A DNA stretch of 64,000 nucleotides from NCBI GenBank assembly GCA_964469935.1, contig CAYXZQ010000002.1, positions 319-64,318 on the forward strand, written 5' to 3'. The position numbers were made by a program, and so were the translations under genes. Below, piece by piece: positions 28,641 through 37,556 of this stretch. Position 1 is the stretch's first letter. Every line of letters begins with the position of its first letter. Origin of the DNA: an uncultured Methanosarcinales archaeon. GTDB lineage: Archaea > Nanobdellota > Nanobdellia > Woesearchaeales > DSVV01. Below the pieces are notes generated by a model. The model did no database searches. It saw nothing but the letters and a program-made list of their open reading frames with translations, and was not told where the DNA came from.

Positions 28641-29279
28641 TCATTTCCTGCAGACAAATACCAGGTTCATCGACAGGAGCGCCCAATACCTGCCCCTGAC
28701 ATAGGTGCTTGCACCGCCCGGAAGGACGATTTCGCCGAAGAATTCTATCTTGCTGAAACCAGCATCTTCAAAGATCCGGCGCCACTCGGCAGGCTTCAGG
28801 GTTGAGCAGTGGGTCCTGTCCAGGAAGTTGACAAAACCTGTAAAGGCCCTTCCTATAAGCCAGGACTTGTTGGGGAATGAGCCGATGAATATCCCGCCCG
28901 ACCTGAGGGATGCATATACCTTCGATACCACGCTTCGAAAGTCCCTGATATGCTCGAGGATGTTGAAACCTGCAATGACGTCATAATGATCTGCCTTAAG
29001 CCTGACTTTAGAGATGTCCCCTTCCGACACCCTGCCCTTGAACCGCTTTTTTGCATCTTCTACAGCATATCCGGATATGTCGATGCCAGAAACCTCGAAA
29101 TGCTCGCTTGCAACGTCTAGAAACCCTCCCACTCCGCAGCCTATCTCGAAGAGCCTTCCGCCCCTGGTGTATCTGAGTATCTCGCCCAGCCTCTTTTTGT
29201 TCCTCTTCGACCCCTTCCCCTTGCCGACAATTTTGTTGTTGTAGTAATTGCGGTCGTAATATTTCCTGATTATGCTCAT
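28641..29279 (-). CDS. Class I SAM-dependent methyltransferase.
   Basis: 'LFEIGCGVGGF' (motif I) and 'DVIAGFNILEHI' (methyltransferase type 11/12 pattern). Confidence 0.75.
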   Translation of the reverse strand: MSIIRKYYDRNYYNNKIVGKGKGSKRNKKRLGEILRYTRGGRLFEIGCGVGGFLDVASEHFEVSGIDISGYAVEDAKKRFKGRVSEGDISKVRLKADHYDVIAGFNILEHIRDFRSVVSKVYASLRSGGIFIGSFPNKSWLIGRAFTGFVNFLDRTHCSTLKPAEWRRIFEDAGFSKIEFFGEIVLPGGASTYVRGRYWALLSMNLVFVCRK

Positions 29280-29303
29280 CAGAATTGGTGTTCAGCCTCT
29301 CAT

Positions 29304-31187
29304 TTAAATAGGTTGCGTGCTTGGCAGGTTTATCCTGTATATCCTTGCAGCCTCGAGACCCTGGTAATAGAAAGACTTCTCAAGCACCAGGTACTTGTCC
29401 AGCTGGTCGGACCAGGGATGCGTTATGTTGAGCTCCGGCTTGACCAGTAGCGCGTCATACTGCCTGTACTGGTCGCCCCTCAACGCGGGGTCCAGCCATG
29501 TGTGGACCTTCTGGAAGCTGACATTGTATTTCTGAAGGGTCTTCTCGTAGCCGTCCTTGTCGATTATGAGGATAGGGTCGGACAAGCCCACAATCTGCCC
29601 GTTGCCATCGAACTGGTACACGTTGCTCAGCCACCTGAAATGCCAGAACAGGTATCTGACATTGTCCTTCTTCAGAAGCTCAACCCTCTTGCTGTCGTCG
29701 TCACCATGCAGTATCAGGGCCGCGTCCATGTACCTCGAGTCGACGTCCACAAACATGCCGAAATGTGCCCTTCGCGAGGCGAGGAGCTTCCTTCCCGTGA
29801 GGGCATTGAGCATGAACCCGTCCTCGTTGTCTGTCAGGAACACGTCATCGACATTGGTGTTCTGGTCGACCCAGTTAGTTATGTCCTGTAGATATTGGGG
29901 CAGAGGCTGCTCTGCGCTCTGGAAGAACTGGGACTTTGTCTTTGACGCAGTGTACCCAAGGGCTCCTGCCGAGAGGACTATTATGAATATGAGGATGAAT
30001 GCATGCTCGCCGTATCTCTTTATCCGGGCGGACCTTGCCGACAGGGTGTTGTAGAGTATTATCAGCCCGAAGAACGGGACCACGAGCGAGAGGACTGTGA
30101 TAGGGGTGCCTCCCACTGCAGGAGTCAGCTCGGTCTTGAAGAGCGGTTCTGTGACTAGGATATGCGCATATCCTATGACTGCGGCTATGAATAGGAACAG
30201 CATGTATCTTATCTCCTCAGACCTTTTCCTGATGAGGATCATCCCGATGAATCCCACGTCGAACAACATGACGAATATCCCCGTGAGGACATTGCTGAAA
30301 TTTGGGATGAAGAGGTATGCGATGGACGAGTAGATAGATTTGATCTGGAGGAAGAACGTGTCTGCGATCGGGTAGTTGAAATCCTGGAGCCTATTCAGGA
30401 CATGAAGGTGCAGGACGAATATCGGGACGAACCAGTAGATTAGACCTATGCAAAAGCCGATGCAGAACACAGTGAGGAAATAGGAGAGATTTCTTCCAAG
30501 GTTCTTTTTGATTCCTGCTATGTCGATTTTTTTTCTGCCGATGTACTGTATGAATGTCTTGTATACGGCATACATCGCCAGGAGGAACGAAGCCCCGATG
30601 CCGGCAGCTGTGTGGGACAGCATCACAAGGCCGTAGGAGATTCCTGCGAATATGCTGTATTTAAGCTCCTTCTTATGATAGGCGTAGAAGAGGAGCATGA
30701 CGAAGAGCATCGATGTCATGGTCCTTGCTGCATGGTAATGGAAATAGAGGGAGTTGACATAAAGGCTGTAGGCTGCAAGGGTCAGGGCAAGTGTCCTCCT
30801 TTTGAGAAATACGATTCCAAGTAGATAGGACAGCACGCCTATTATGGGTGTCCACAGGATGTTCGAGTAGAAGATGCCCTTGATGAGGCTTATGTCGAAT
30901 ATCCTTGAGAATCCGATGACGATTAGGTGGTACAGCGGCGGAACCCATGGGTATGCGCCTGCTGCCTGGGAATTCTCCCAGATGGATCCCCCGTCGTTGA
31001 TGTGGTTCATCATGCCCAGGTGATAATAGTAGTCCCCGCCGTAAAGCGGGCTCGGGAGCTGTTTCAGCTGGTCCAATATCCCTATCTGGAGGGCCAAAAA
31101 AATCAATATGACGGCGACAAGCACCTTGTCCTGCCAGTTGCCTTTCAGAAAACGCCGGAACCTCTGTCCTTTGGCACTGTCTTTCAT
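29304..31187 (-). CDS. Polytopic GT-C-like membrane protein (627 aa).
   Basis: About 12 TM helices plus a C-terminal soluble domain. Its early loop 'YGGDYYYHLGMM' resembles the STT3 EL1 'DPYxYY' loop, but no WWDYG motif was found. Confidence 0.4.
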   Translation of the reverse strand: MKDSAKGQRFRRFLKGNWQDKVLVAVILIFLALQIGILDQLKQLPSPLYGGDYYYHLGMMNHINDGGSIWENSQAAGAYPWVPPLYHLIVIGFSRIFDISLIKGIFYSNILWTPIIGVLSYLLGIVFLKRRTLALTLAAYSLYVNSLYFHYHAARTMTSMLFVMLLFYAYHKKELKYSIFAGISYGLVMLSHTAAGIGASFLLAMYAVYKTFIQYIGRKKIDIAGIKKNLGRNLSYFLTVFCIGFCIGLIYWFVPIFVLHLHVLNRLQDFNYPIADTFFLQIKSIYSSIAYLFIPNFSNVLTGIFVMLFDVGFIGMILIRKRSEEIRYMLFLFIAAVIGYAHILVTEPLFKTELTPAVGGTPITVLSLVVPFFGLIILYNTLSARSARIKRYGEHAFILIFIIVLSAGALGYTASKTKSQFFQSAEQPLPQYLQDITNWVDQNTNVDDVFLTDNEDGFMLNALTGRKLLASRRAHFGMFVDVDSRYMDAALILHGDDDSKRVELLKKDNVRYLFWHFRWLSNVYQFDGNGQIVGLSDPILIIDKDGYEKTLQKYNVSFQKVHTWLDPALRGDQYRQYDALLVKPELNITHPWSDQLDKYLVLEKSFYYQGLEAARIYRINLPSTQPI

Positions 31188-31191
31188 TTTG

Positions 31192-34100
31192 TTATTTAGC
31201 GTCGATGAGCTTGACTATCTCGTAGCCGTAGGCGGTCTGAAACGGCTTTGAAACGTCTCCTACCTGCAGGCTGAAGACCTGGTCCTCGAATGCCTTCGGC
31301 ATGACCCCCCTTCCGAACCATCCCAGGTTGCACCTGACTGTCTCGTCGCTGCATTCTGAATACTGCTGAGCCAGCTCATCGAAATTGTCAGGGGTTATCA
31401 TGCCGTATATCTTGTCTGCAAGGGCCGATGCCTGCTCATCCGTCCTGTTTGAAGTGCTTATGAGTATATGTTCCACCTTTGCAAGGGTCTTCTCCTGGAT
31501 AGGGTCCTGTGTCGTGTTGCCGGGGGAAACTGCCTGCGAAGTGTCCGTGGTTGCCTGCTCTGTCTGCGATGAGGCAGTGTCGACAGCTGGGGCCTGGCTG
31601 ACGCTTGCATTCCTTCCTGCCCAGTCGACCTTCCACGTGATAATCTTCGCTCCGGTGATGTCCCTTACATTGTTGAAGGAGTCGAAATGGGTGAGTCCCG
31701 CACCCTCGAAATAGAACAGCCTCGTGAACATGCTTCCCGCAAGGTCAGCGTCCATCAGGACCGACTGGTAGGTCCCGCCGGACTCCACGATGGCTGCACC
31801 TAGCGGCCTTCCGTCCTGGGACGTGATGTAGTTGCCTGCGTACTGCTTGACCCTGAACTGCCCGTACTTGTCAATGAATGATATTGCCCTGACATTGAGC
31901 GACGTCCCCTGTACTGACGCCTCTTCGGTCGAGAGGTCGAACTGGAGGCCGTTGCTGCACGAGACTGTGTTATCGCTCACCGTGCACGCTGTGAGATCTC
32001 CTGCATAGCTCGGCCACGGCGCGATCCACTGGTCCGGGTCCGTGGTCTTTATTTGGTTGTAGATGCTGAGGGCTGCAGTGCTGTTCAGGCCAAAATTGTC
32101 CTCAAGGTATGAGACTCCGTCTATCTGGTTCTTGTTGTACACCTTGTTGTACTGCTCGGCTCTCGTGAAATTCCATGCGCCGAAATGCGCCCATACCCCC
32201 GACTTGCCGACCATGTCTTCGCTGGTTATGAAATAGTCTTCGGGCGGGCTGCAGTGGGTGTACTGCAACACGTCCTCTGCCTGCGCGTCTGTAAGGCCTT
32301 TTGAGAGCAGGACGCTCTTTGCAGATGCCCTGTCGAGCACGATTATCTGGTATATCGTATCTATTGTCTTCAGTGAGTCGTTGTCCATGTACGGGAGCAG
32401 TGTGTCGAAGCCCGTGTTGGAGCCGCAGTCGAGGTATCTCAGTATCCCCACTGATTCAGTCTCGTTCCATGTGAGCATGAGCTTGCCCAGCCAGTGGGCT
32501 GCGGGGTTGTTCTGCCTCCCTCCGTCAAGGGTCACCCTCCTGTCTCCGATGGCTGCGAACCAATGGCCGAAGTCCCACCATGAATTGATGATGGCGTCAG
32601 GCTTGGACTGGTCCTTTATCTTGGTCAGCGAGGAATACCAGCTGTCGTCCATCGTTGGCACCTCGTTGAGGGCCGTGGTCTTTGCAGCCGATACAATGTT
32701 GATGGGAAAGAACATGAGCGCGCAGAAGATGGCGATGATTGCGCCGTAGGCGAATATCTTGTTCACCGTAAGCTCCTTTGATATCCATTCCGAGACCTCG
32801 GTGGTGACGATACCGGCTGTTATCCCGCAGGCGATAGAATATGCCGGGACCAGGAGAAGGATGAACCTGACTCCTTTTGAGCTTGCATATATCGTCGAGG
32901 CGAACCAGATGGCAAGTATCAATGAATATCTTATGTCCAGCTCTGTTCCCACGACCATTGTGTACAGGATGTATCCAGCGATAGGCAGAAATATTAGCAC
33001 TGCATAAAGCAGCTGGCTCTTGACCGCGCCCTGTATTATTATTATGAACAGGTACCAAACAGCGCTTATGGCGAGGAAATAGAGGCTGTCCTTCTTTTCG
33101 GATTTGAGATTGCCGAGAGGGAGCACAAGGCCTATGAGAGCGATGAAGTACCATATCTTGCTCCCGAGGCTGATCTGGCTGATCGTCGAGTTGAGCGTGG
33201 CAGGATTCAGCTCGGCCACTGTCGTGTACACGTTCGGCCATATCTTCTGGACTCCCACCTGCTTGAGCTGGGTGAATCCTATGGTGCCCTGGAAGAAGTT
33301 TATGAAATCCCCCCATGATTTGATGAGGGTCACGAACAACGCTGACAGGATGAAGAATGCGGCTGTTATGAGGAGCGCGTTCTTAAGCCTCTCGATCGAA
33401 AGCATTTTTTTCGGATTTTTGAAGATTGCCTTGCGGTTCATTATCCCGTGGTATGCTATGATGCCGAGGAGCATCACGATTACGAAATCAAAGATGAAGT
33501 ACCACGCGGTCCACGCGAAGCTGAACAGCCCCACGCAGAAGGCCGCAAGCCCTGCAAGTATGATGGTCTTTGTCCTGCTCCTGCTGTTGAGGGCCTCGAG
33601 AAGGAGCCATGTTATCATTAGAGGGAAGAAGACGTTGTAGGCGTCGGTGTCTGAGAACCCGCCTATGGTCCTTGAAAGCAATGCAGGGTGGATGGCTATC
33701 AGGACACCTGCGATGAACCCGCCGAAATCACCGGCTATCCTTCTCGTTATGAAAAATGCCGGGATGATTATCAGAGTCCCGAAGATGAGCGGCGTGAAGA
33801 ACACCACGTACATGAGGTCGACGTTGGGATTGAATAGTGCTGCAATCCTGTACATGACATATTGCACCAGGACATGGAAGTGCACGATTCTCTTGTCAGT
33901 GCCCTTGCCCATCGGCTGGCCTGCGAGGACCTTCGTGTCATGATAATACCCGTCAGGGCTCTGGTAGTCCCCTTCAAAGCCGTGGTCGATGACGTCCTCT
34001 GTCATCCTGTAATAATAGTACGGGTCTATGGCAAGAAGATACGTGTGGCCGTAATCATTCTGGAACCTCGACCTGAAATATTCCGAGTTCTGGCTTATGA

Positions 34101-34452
34101 CCTGGGAGATATCTACGTTCTGGCCCTGGATGTTGATCTGTCCTGTCTGGAGTATCTGGCTGAACTGGTCATTGACTATCTGGTTCTTGTTGGTGTCGGG
34201 GAGATTAGGATACTGTGTGGAGACCTGGCTCTTTATTGTCGACTTGATATTGTTGTAGATGGTGTTCTGGGCCCACTGGTCCGTTATCGGCAGGTAAACC
34301 GGCATGGCCCTCAGGTAAATGCTCAGGATGATGGGGATCAGGATCAGTATTACTGTTATGGATTTCTTCATCAGGGCCTTGTTTGAGAAAAACCCTTTCA
34401 GCTTCTTCAGATCAAGGCTCAGTTCCTCTTCCTTCTCCTTACCCTTGGACAA
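31192..34452 (-). CDS. aglB: STT3/AglB-family oligosaccharyltransferase fused to a C-terminal parvulin-type peptidyl-prolyl isomerase domain (1086 aa).
   Basis: EL1 motif 'AIDPYYYYR' and 'SWWDFGHW' (WWDYG variant). A Ser/Thr/Gln-rich linker follows. The C-terminus 'EHILIS...LGWFGRGVMPKAFEDQVFSLQVGDVSKPFQTAYGYEIVKL' aligns with PpiC/parvulin. Confidence 0.8.
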   Translation of the reverse strand: MSKGKEKEEELSLDLKKLKGFFSNKALMKKSITVILILIPIILSIYLRAMPVYLPITDQWAQNTIYNNIKSTIKSQVSTQYPNLPDTNKNQIVNDQFSQILQTGQINIQGQNVDISQVISQNSEYFRSRFQNDYGHTYLLAIDPYYYYRMTEDVIDHGFEGDYQSPDGYYHDTKVLAGQPMGKGTDKRIVHFHVLVQYVMYRIAALFNPNVDLMYVVFFTPLIFGTLIIIPAFFITRRIAGDFGGFIAGVLIAIHPALLSRTIGGFSDTDAYNVFFPLMITWLLLEALNSRSRTKTIILAGLAAFCVGLFSFAWTAWYFIFDFVIVMLLGIIAYHGIMNRKAIFKNPKKMLSIERLKNALLITAAFFILSALFVTLIKSWGDFINFFQGTIGFTQLKQVGVQKIWPNVYTTVAELNPATLNSTISQISLGSKIWYFIALIGLVLPLGNLKSEKKDSLYFLAISAVWYLFIIIIQGAVKSQLLYAVLIFLPIAGYILYTMVVGTELDIRYSLILAIWFASTIYASSKGVRFILLLVPAYSIACGITAGIVTTEVSEWISKELTVNKIFAYGAIIAIFCALMFFPINIVSAAKTTALNEVPTMDDSWYSSLTKIKDQSKPDAIINSWWDFGHWFAAIGDRRVTLDGGRQNNPAAHWLGKLMLTWNETESVGILRYLDCGSNTGFDTLLPYMDNDSLKTIDTIYQIIVLDRASAKSVLLSKGLTDAQAEDVLQYTHCSPPEDYFITSEDMVGKSGVWAHFGAWNFTRAEQYNKVYNKNQIDGVSYLEDNFGLNSTAALSIYNQIKTTDPDQWIAPWPSYAGDLTACTVSDNTVSCSNGLQFDLSTEEASVQGTSLNVRAISFIDKYGQFRVKQYAGNYITSQDGRPLGAAIVESGGTYQSVLMDADLAGSMFTRLFYFEGAGLTHFDSFNNVRDITGAKIITWKVDWAGRNASVSQAPAVDTASSQTEQATTDTSQAVSPGNTTQDPIQEKTLAKVEHILISTSNRTDEQASALADKIYGMITPDNFDELAQQYSECSDETVRCNLGWFGRGVMPKAFEDQVFSLQVGDVSKPFQTAYGYEIVKLIDAK

Positions 34453-34635
34453 ACTATCTTCCCCCGATTTCGGATTTTAAAAAATTACAGGTTGTATATA
34501 AAGATTATGATTGGAGGTGGCAGTAGGATTTTTATCACGGGCTTCGCCGCCGTTTCTTCTCTATGGATGATATGAGAAAGATTTAAATATGATTTCAAGT
34601 TTGCCTCAACCAGCAGTTATGGTAATGACAGTTTA

Positions 34636-36411
34636 TTGCTGACTGAAACGAGCAAAGGGGTGACCATCTTGGTGAAGCATAAGAAGAAGAAGCATTCTGC
34701 CGGTAGATCAGCCTCAGAGAACACTGAGGGGCATGCAAATGCAAAAGAACATGCAAATGTTCATCCGGACAAAAGCCCGCACACCCACAGTGTGCACAAA
34801 AAAGAGCCTAAAAAAGCTCCAAACCCTTGGATATGGGTCGCAGCCGCTGTAGTCCTGATTCTCGCTGTATATGCGATATACAACATTGGTTCCGGGGAGA
34901 TAAAAGAGGACAATACAGGCAACACCGTCGCAACAGGGGCAGTGAATTTTGACCTCTATGTCATGAGCCAGTGCCCCTATGGCACACAGGTTGAGGATTC
35001 ACTCGCACCAGTCCTCAAGACGCTCGGAAACAACGTCGATTTAAGCCTGAACTACATTGCAAATGACAACGGTGACGGTTCTTTCACCAGCCTCCACGGG
35101 AATAATGAAGTGCTGGGCGACATAGTCCAGCTCTGTGCGCAGAAATACAATCCGGACAAGTACATGGATATGATTATATGCCAGAACAAGGACGCGAGTT
35201 CCATTCCTGGGAACTGGGAATCCTGCGCAACGGACAACGGGCTTGACGTCGACAAGATCAAGTCCTGCTACAAGGGAGATGAAGGCAAGCAGCTGCTGAG
35301 TGCAAGCATCAAGGAATCAGAGGACATCGGTGCTACAGGCAGCCCCACTATCTACATCAATAACAACAGCTATTCCGGTGCGAGGGGGCAGAACGATTTC
35401 ATGAGGGCGATATGCAACGCATACACGGGTACGAAGCCCTCGGCATGCGATGACATACCTGCTCCTGCTGAGGTCGACGTCATTGTCATAAATGACAAGC
35501 GGTGTTCAGAATGCGAAACCGGCATGACACAGCTTCTCGCCCAGCTCAAGAGCGTGTTCCCCGGCCTTAAAGTGACATCCTACGACTACAGCCAGCCCGA
35601 GGCAAAGACCCTCATGGCGCAGACAAATGTCAAGCTTCTGCCGGCCGTGCTGTTTGACGACAGCGTCACGAAGGACGAGAATTACGCCAATGTCGAGCAG
35701 TACTTGGTGCCCGCAGGCGATTACACTTCGCTCAGGATAGGTGCTGATTTCGACCCGTCAGCAGAGATATGCGACAATGGCATCGATGACACAGGCAACG
35801 GCCTCATCGATTGCCTGGATCCTGAATGCAACGGGACCATTGTCTGCAGGCAGGAGATTAAAGACGACCTGCAACTCTTCATAATGAGCGACTGCCCGTA
35901 CGGCAAGCAGGCTGTAATCGCCTTGAAGGATGTGATCGGAAATTTCGGAAGCGCTCTGAAATACGACATCCATTACATAGCAAGCGAGACGTCAAGCGGC
36001 TTTTCGAGCCTGCACGGCACCTATGAGGCTGACGAGGATATTGTCCAACTCTGCACAAAGAAGCATTCGCCGGACGTGTGGTTCGACTATGTCTACTGCA
36101 GGAGCGAGGAAGGCATCAAGGGGAATGACTGGCACAACTGCGCAGAGCAGACAGGCGTTGACATAGACGCAGTCGAGGCATGTATCAACGGCACCGAAGG
36201 TCCCTCTCTGCTGAGTCAGGACATAAAGATAGCTCAGGGGCTCTCGATCAGCGCTTCGCCCACATGGCTTGCGAACAACAAGTACATATTCAGCGGAATA
36301 GCTGCAGAGGCAGTCAAGTCGAGCTTCTGCAAGTACAACCCTGACCTCACAGGCTGCAACAACACGCTGTCATCGGCTTCAGGGACAGTTGCTTCAGGCG
36401 CGTGTGGCTAG
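34636..36411 (+). CDS. Membrane-anchored extracytoplasmic protein with a tandem-duplicated Cys-rich domain. Possibly a thiol-oxidoreductase-like fold.
   Basis: A His/Lys-rich N-terminus is followed by one TM helix. Two ~240-aa repeats each carry 'MS[QD]CPYG[TK]Q', 'SLHG...IVQLC' and 'W..C....G.D.D....C' motifs. The linker 'CDNGIDDTGNGLIDCLDPEC' looks like a Ca-binding DxDxDG motif. Confidence 0.5.
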   Translation: MLTETSKGVTILVKHKKKKHSAGRSASENTEGHANAKEHANVHPDKSPHTHSVHKKEPKKAPNPWIWVAAAVVLILAVYAIYNIGSGEIKEDNTGNTVATGAVNFDLYVMSQCPYGTQVEDSLAPVLKTLGNNVDLSLNYIANDNGDGSFTSLHGNNEVLGDIVQLCAQKYNPDKYMDMIICQNKDASSIPGNWESCATDNGLDVDKIKSCYKGDEGKQLLSASIKESEDIGATGSPTIYINNNSYSGARGQNDFMRAICNAYTGTKPSACDDIPAPAEVDVIVINDKRCSECETGMTQLLAQLKSVFPGLKVTSYDYSQPEAKTLMAQTNVKLLPAVLFDDSVTKDENYANVEQYLVPAGDYTSLRIGADFDPSAEICDNGIDDTGNGLIDCLDPECNGTIVCRQEIKDDLQLFIMSDCPYGKQAVIALKDVIGNFGSALKYDIHYIASETSSGFSSLHGTYEADEDIVQLCTKKHSPDVWFDYVYCRSEEGIKGNDWHNCAEQTGVDIDAVEACINGTEGPSLLSQDIKIAQGLSISASPTWLANNKYIFSGIAAEAVKSSFCKYNPDLTGCNNTLSSASGTVASGACG

Positions 36412-36440
36412 AGACTTTTTTTTTTATTTACCTATTTTCT
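36412..36440 (+). terminator. Oligo-T stretch, archaeal-type terminator, between convergent genes.
   Basis: 'gagactttttttttttatttacctatttt' sits immediately after the stop at 36411. Confidence 0.4.
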
Positions 36441-36485
36441 AAACTATTTTCTTTATGTAAGCTAAAACATTGCAGAAAGCGGCGA

Positions 36486-37472
36486 TTATTCTCTCCAGCT
36501 GACCTCGACCTCGTCAGTCCTCTCGTAAGGCCTTATCGCCAGGTCTTTGTCTGATTTCCCTTTCATGCATTTGTGCTTCAGGAGTCCCAGCCATGCAATC
36601 ATCGCGCCATTGTCGACAAGGAACTCATTTTTTGGGACAAGGCATTTCGCACCCCTGTCTTTGCACATTAGCTTAGCCATCTCCTGGAGGCGGATGTTGC
36701 ATGCCACACCTCCGCCCAGGAGGAGCTCCTTTTTGCCCGTATGCGCCATGGCCCTCTCGGAAACCTCGATAAGCATGGCAAAGACGGTCTCCTGGGCAGA
36801 ATAAGCCAGGTCTTCCTTCCTGAACCTCCCTGAACTTATCTTCTGTTTGAGGTTTGTCAGAAGCCCGCCGAACGAGGTATCCATGCCCTTGACAACGTAC
36901 GGCAGCTCGACGTACCTTTTCCCTTTGAGCCCGAGCTCGTATATCTTCGGCCCGCCGGGAAACCCGAGGCCGAGCTCCCTGGCAAATGAGTCAAGGAAAT
37001 TGCCGATCCCGATGTCCAGGGTCTCGCCGAATATCCTGTACCTCCTCCCTTCATATGCGATGACCTGGGTGTTTGCCCCTGAGACATAGAGAAGGACCGG
37101 GTCTTTTGCAGGGAAAAGCATGTTGCCTATCTCAAGATGGGCGATGCAGTGGTTGACCCCTACTATGGGCTTTTTGTGTATCGCATGGATCGACCTTGCT
37201 GCCATGGCGCCAATGCGGAGGGCATGTCCAAGCCCGGGCCCCTGGGAGAAAGATACCAGGTCGATGTCTGAGATTTTCATTCCTGCATCGGAAAGCGCAT
37301 CCTTTATGACGATATTGAATACATCCACATGGTGCTCTGAAACCCTGTTCGGTATCATGCCGCCTTTCTTGGTGGTATAGCTGTCCGTGACATTGGCAAG
37401 GACTTTCCCTTCGTCATCCACGATGCCTGCACCGAATGTGTGGGCTGTGGACTCGATCCCGAGGCAAATCAT
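36486..37472 (-). CDS. kae1: tRNA N6-adenosine threonylcarbamoyltransferase, archaeal Kae1 type.
   Basis: 'MICLGIESTAHTFGAGIV' is the archaeal Kae1 N-terminus with two His. 'SFSQGPGLGHALRIGA' is present. The start is taken at MICLG. The 64-aa upstream extension is rejected. Confidence 0.8.
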   Translation of the reverse strand: MICLGIESTAHTFGAGIVDDEGKVLANVTDSYTTKKGGMIPNRVSEHHVDVFNIVIKDALSDAGMKISDIDLVSFSQGPGLGHALRIGAMAARSIHAIHKKPIVGVNHCIAHLEIGNMLFPAKDPVLLYVSGANTQVIAYEGRRYRIFGETLDIGIGNFLDSFARELGLGFPGGPKIYELGLKGKRYVELPYVVKGMDTSFGGLLTNLKQKISSGRFRKEDLAYSAQETVFAMLIEVSERAMAHTGKKELLLGGGVACNIRLQEMAKLMCKDRGAKCLVPKNEFLVDNGAMIAWLGLLKHKCMKGKSDKDLAIRPYERTDEVEVSWRE

Positions 37473-37556
37473 TGTCGACTGGAAAAAACCGGAATTAAAA
37501 ACATTTTCGATGCACCATCCACAACCTTTATTAACTGTACAAGGATTACTGGACTT

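Noticed and set aside
29304-31187. A third AglB/STT3 oligosaccharyltransferase.
   Set aside because: It has an STT3-like Tyr-rich first loop, but no WWDYG-type motif was found. It is annotated only as a GT-C-like membrane protein.
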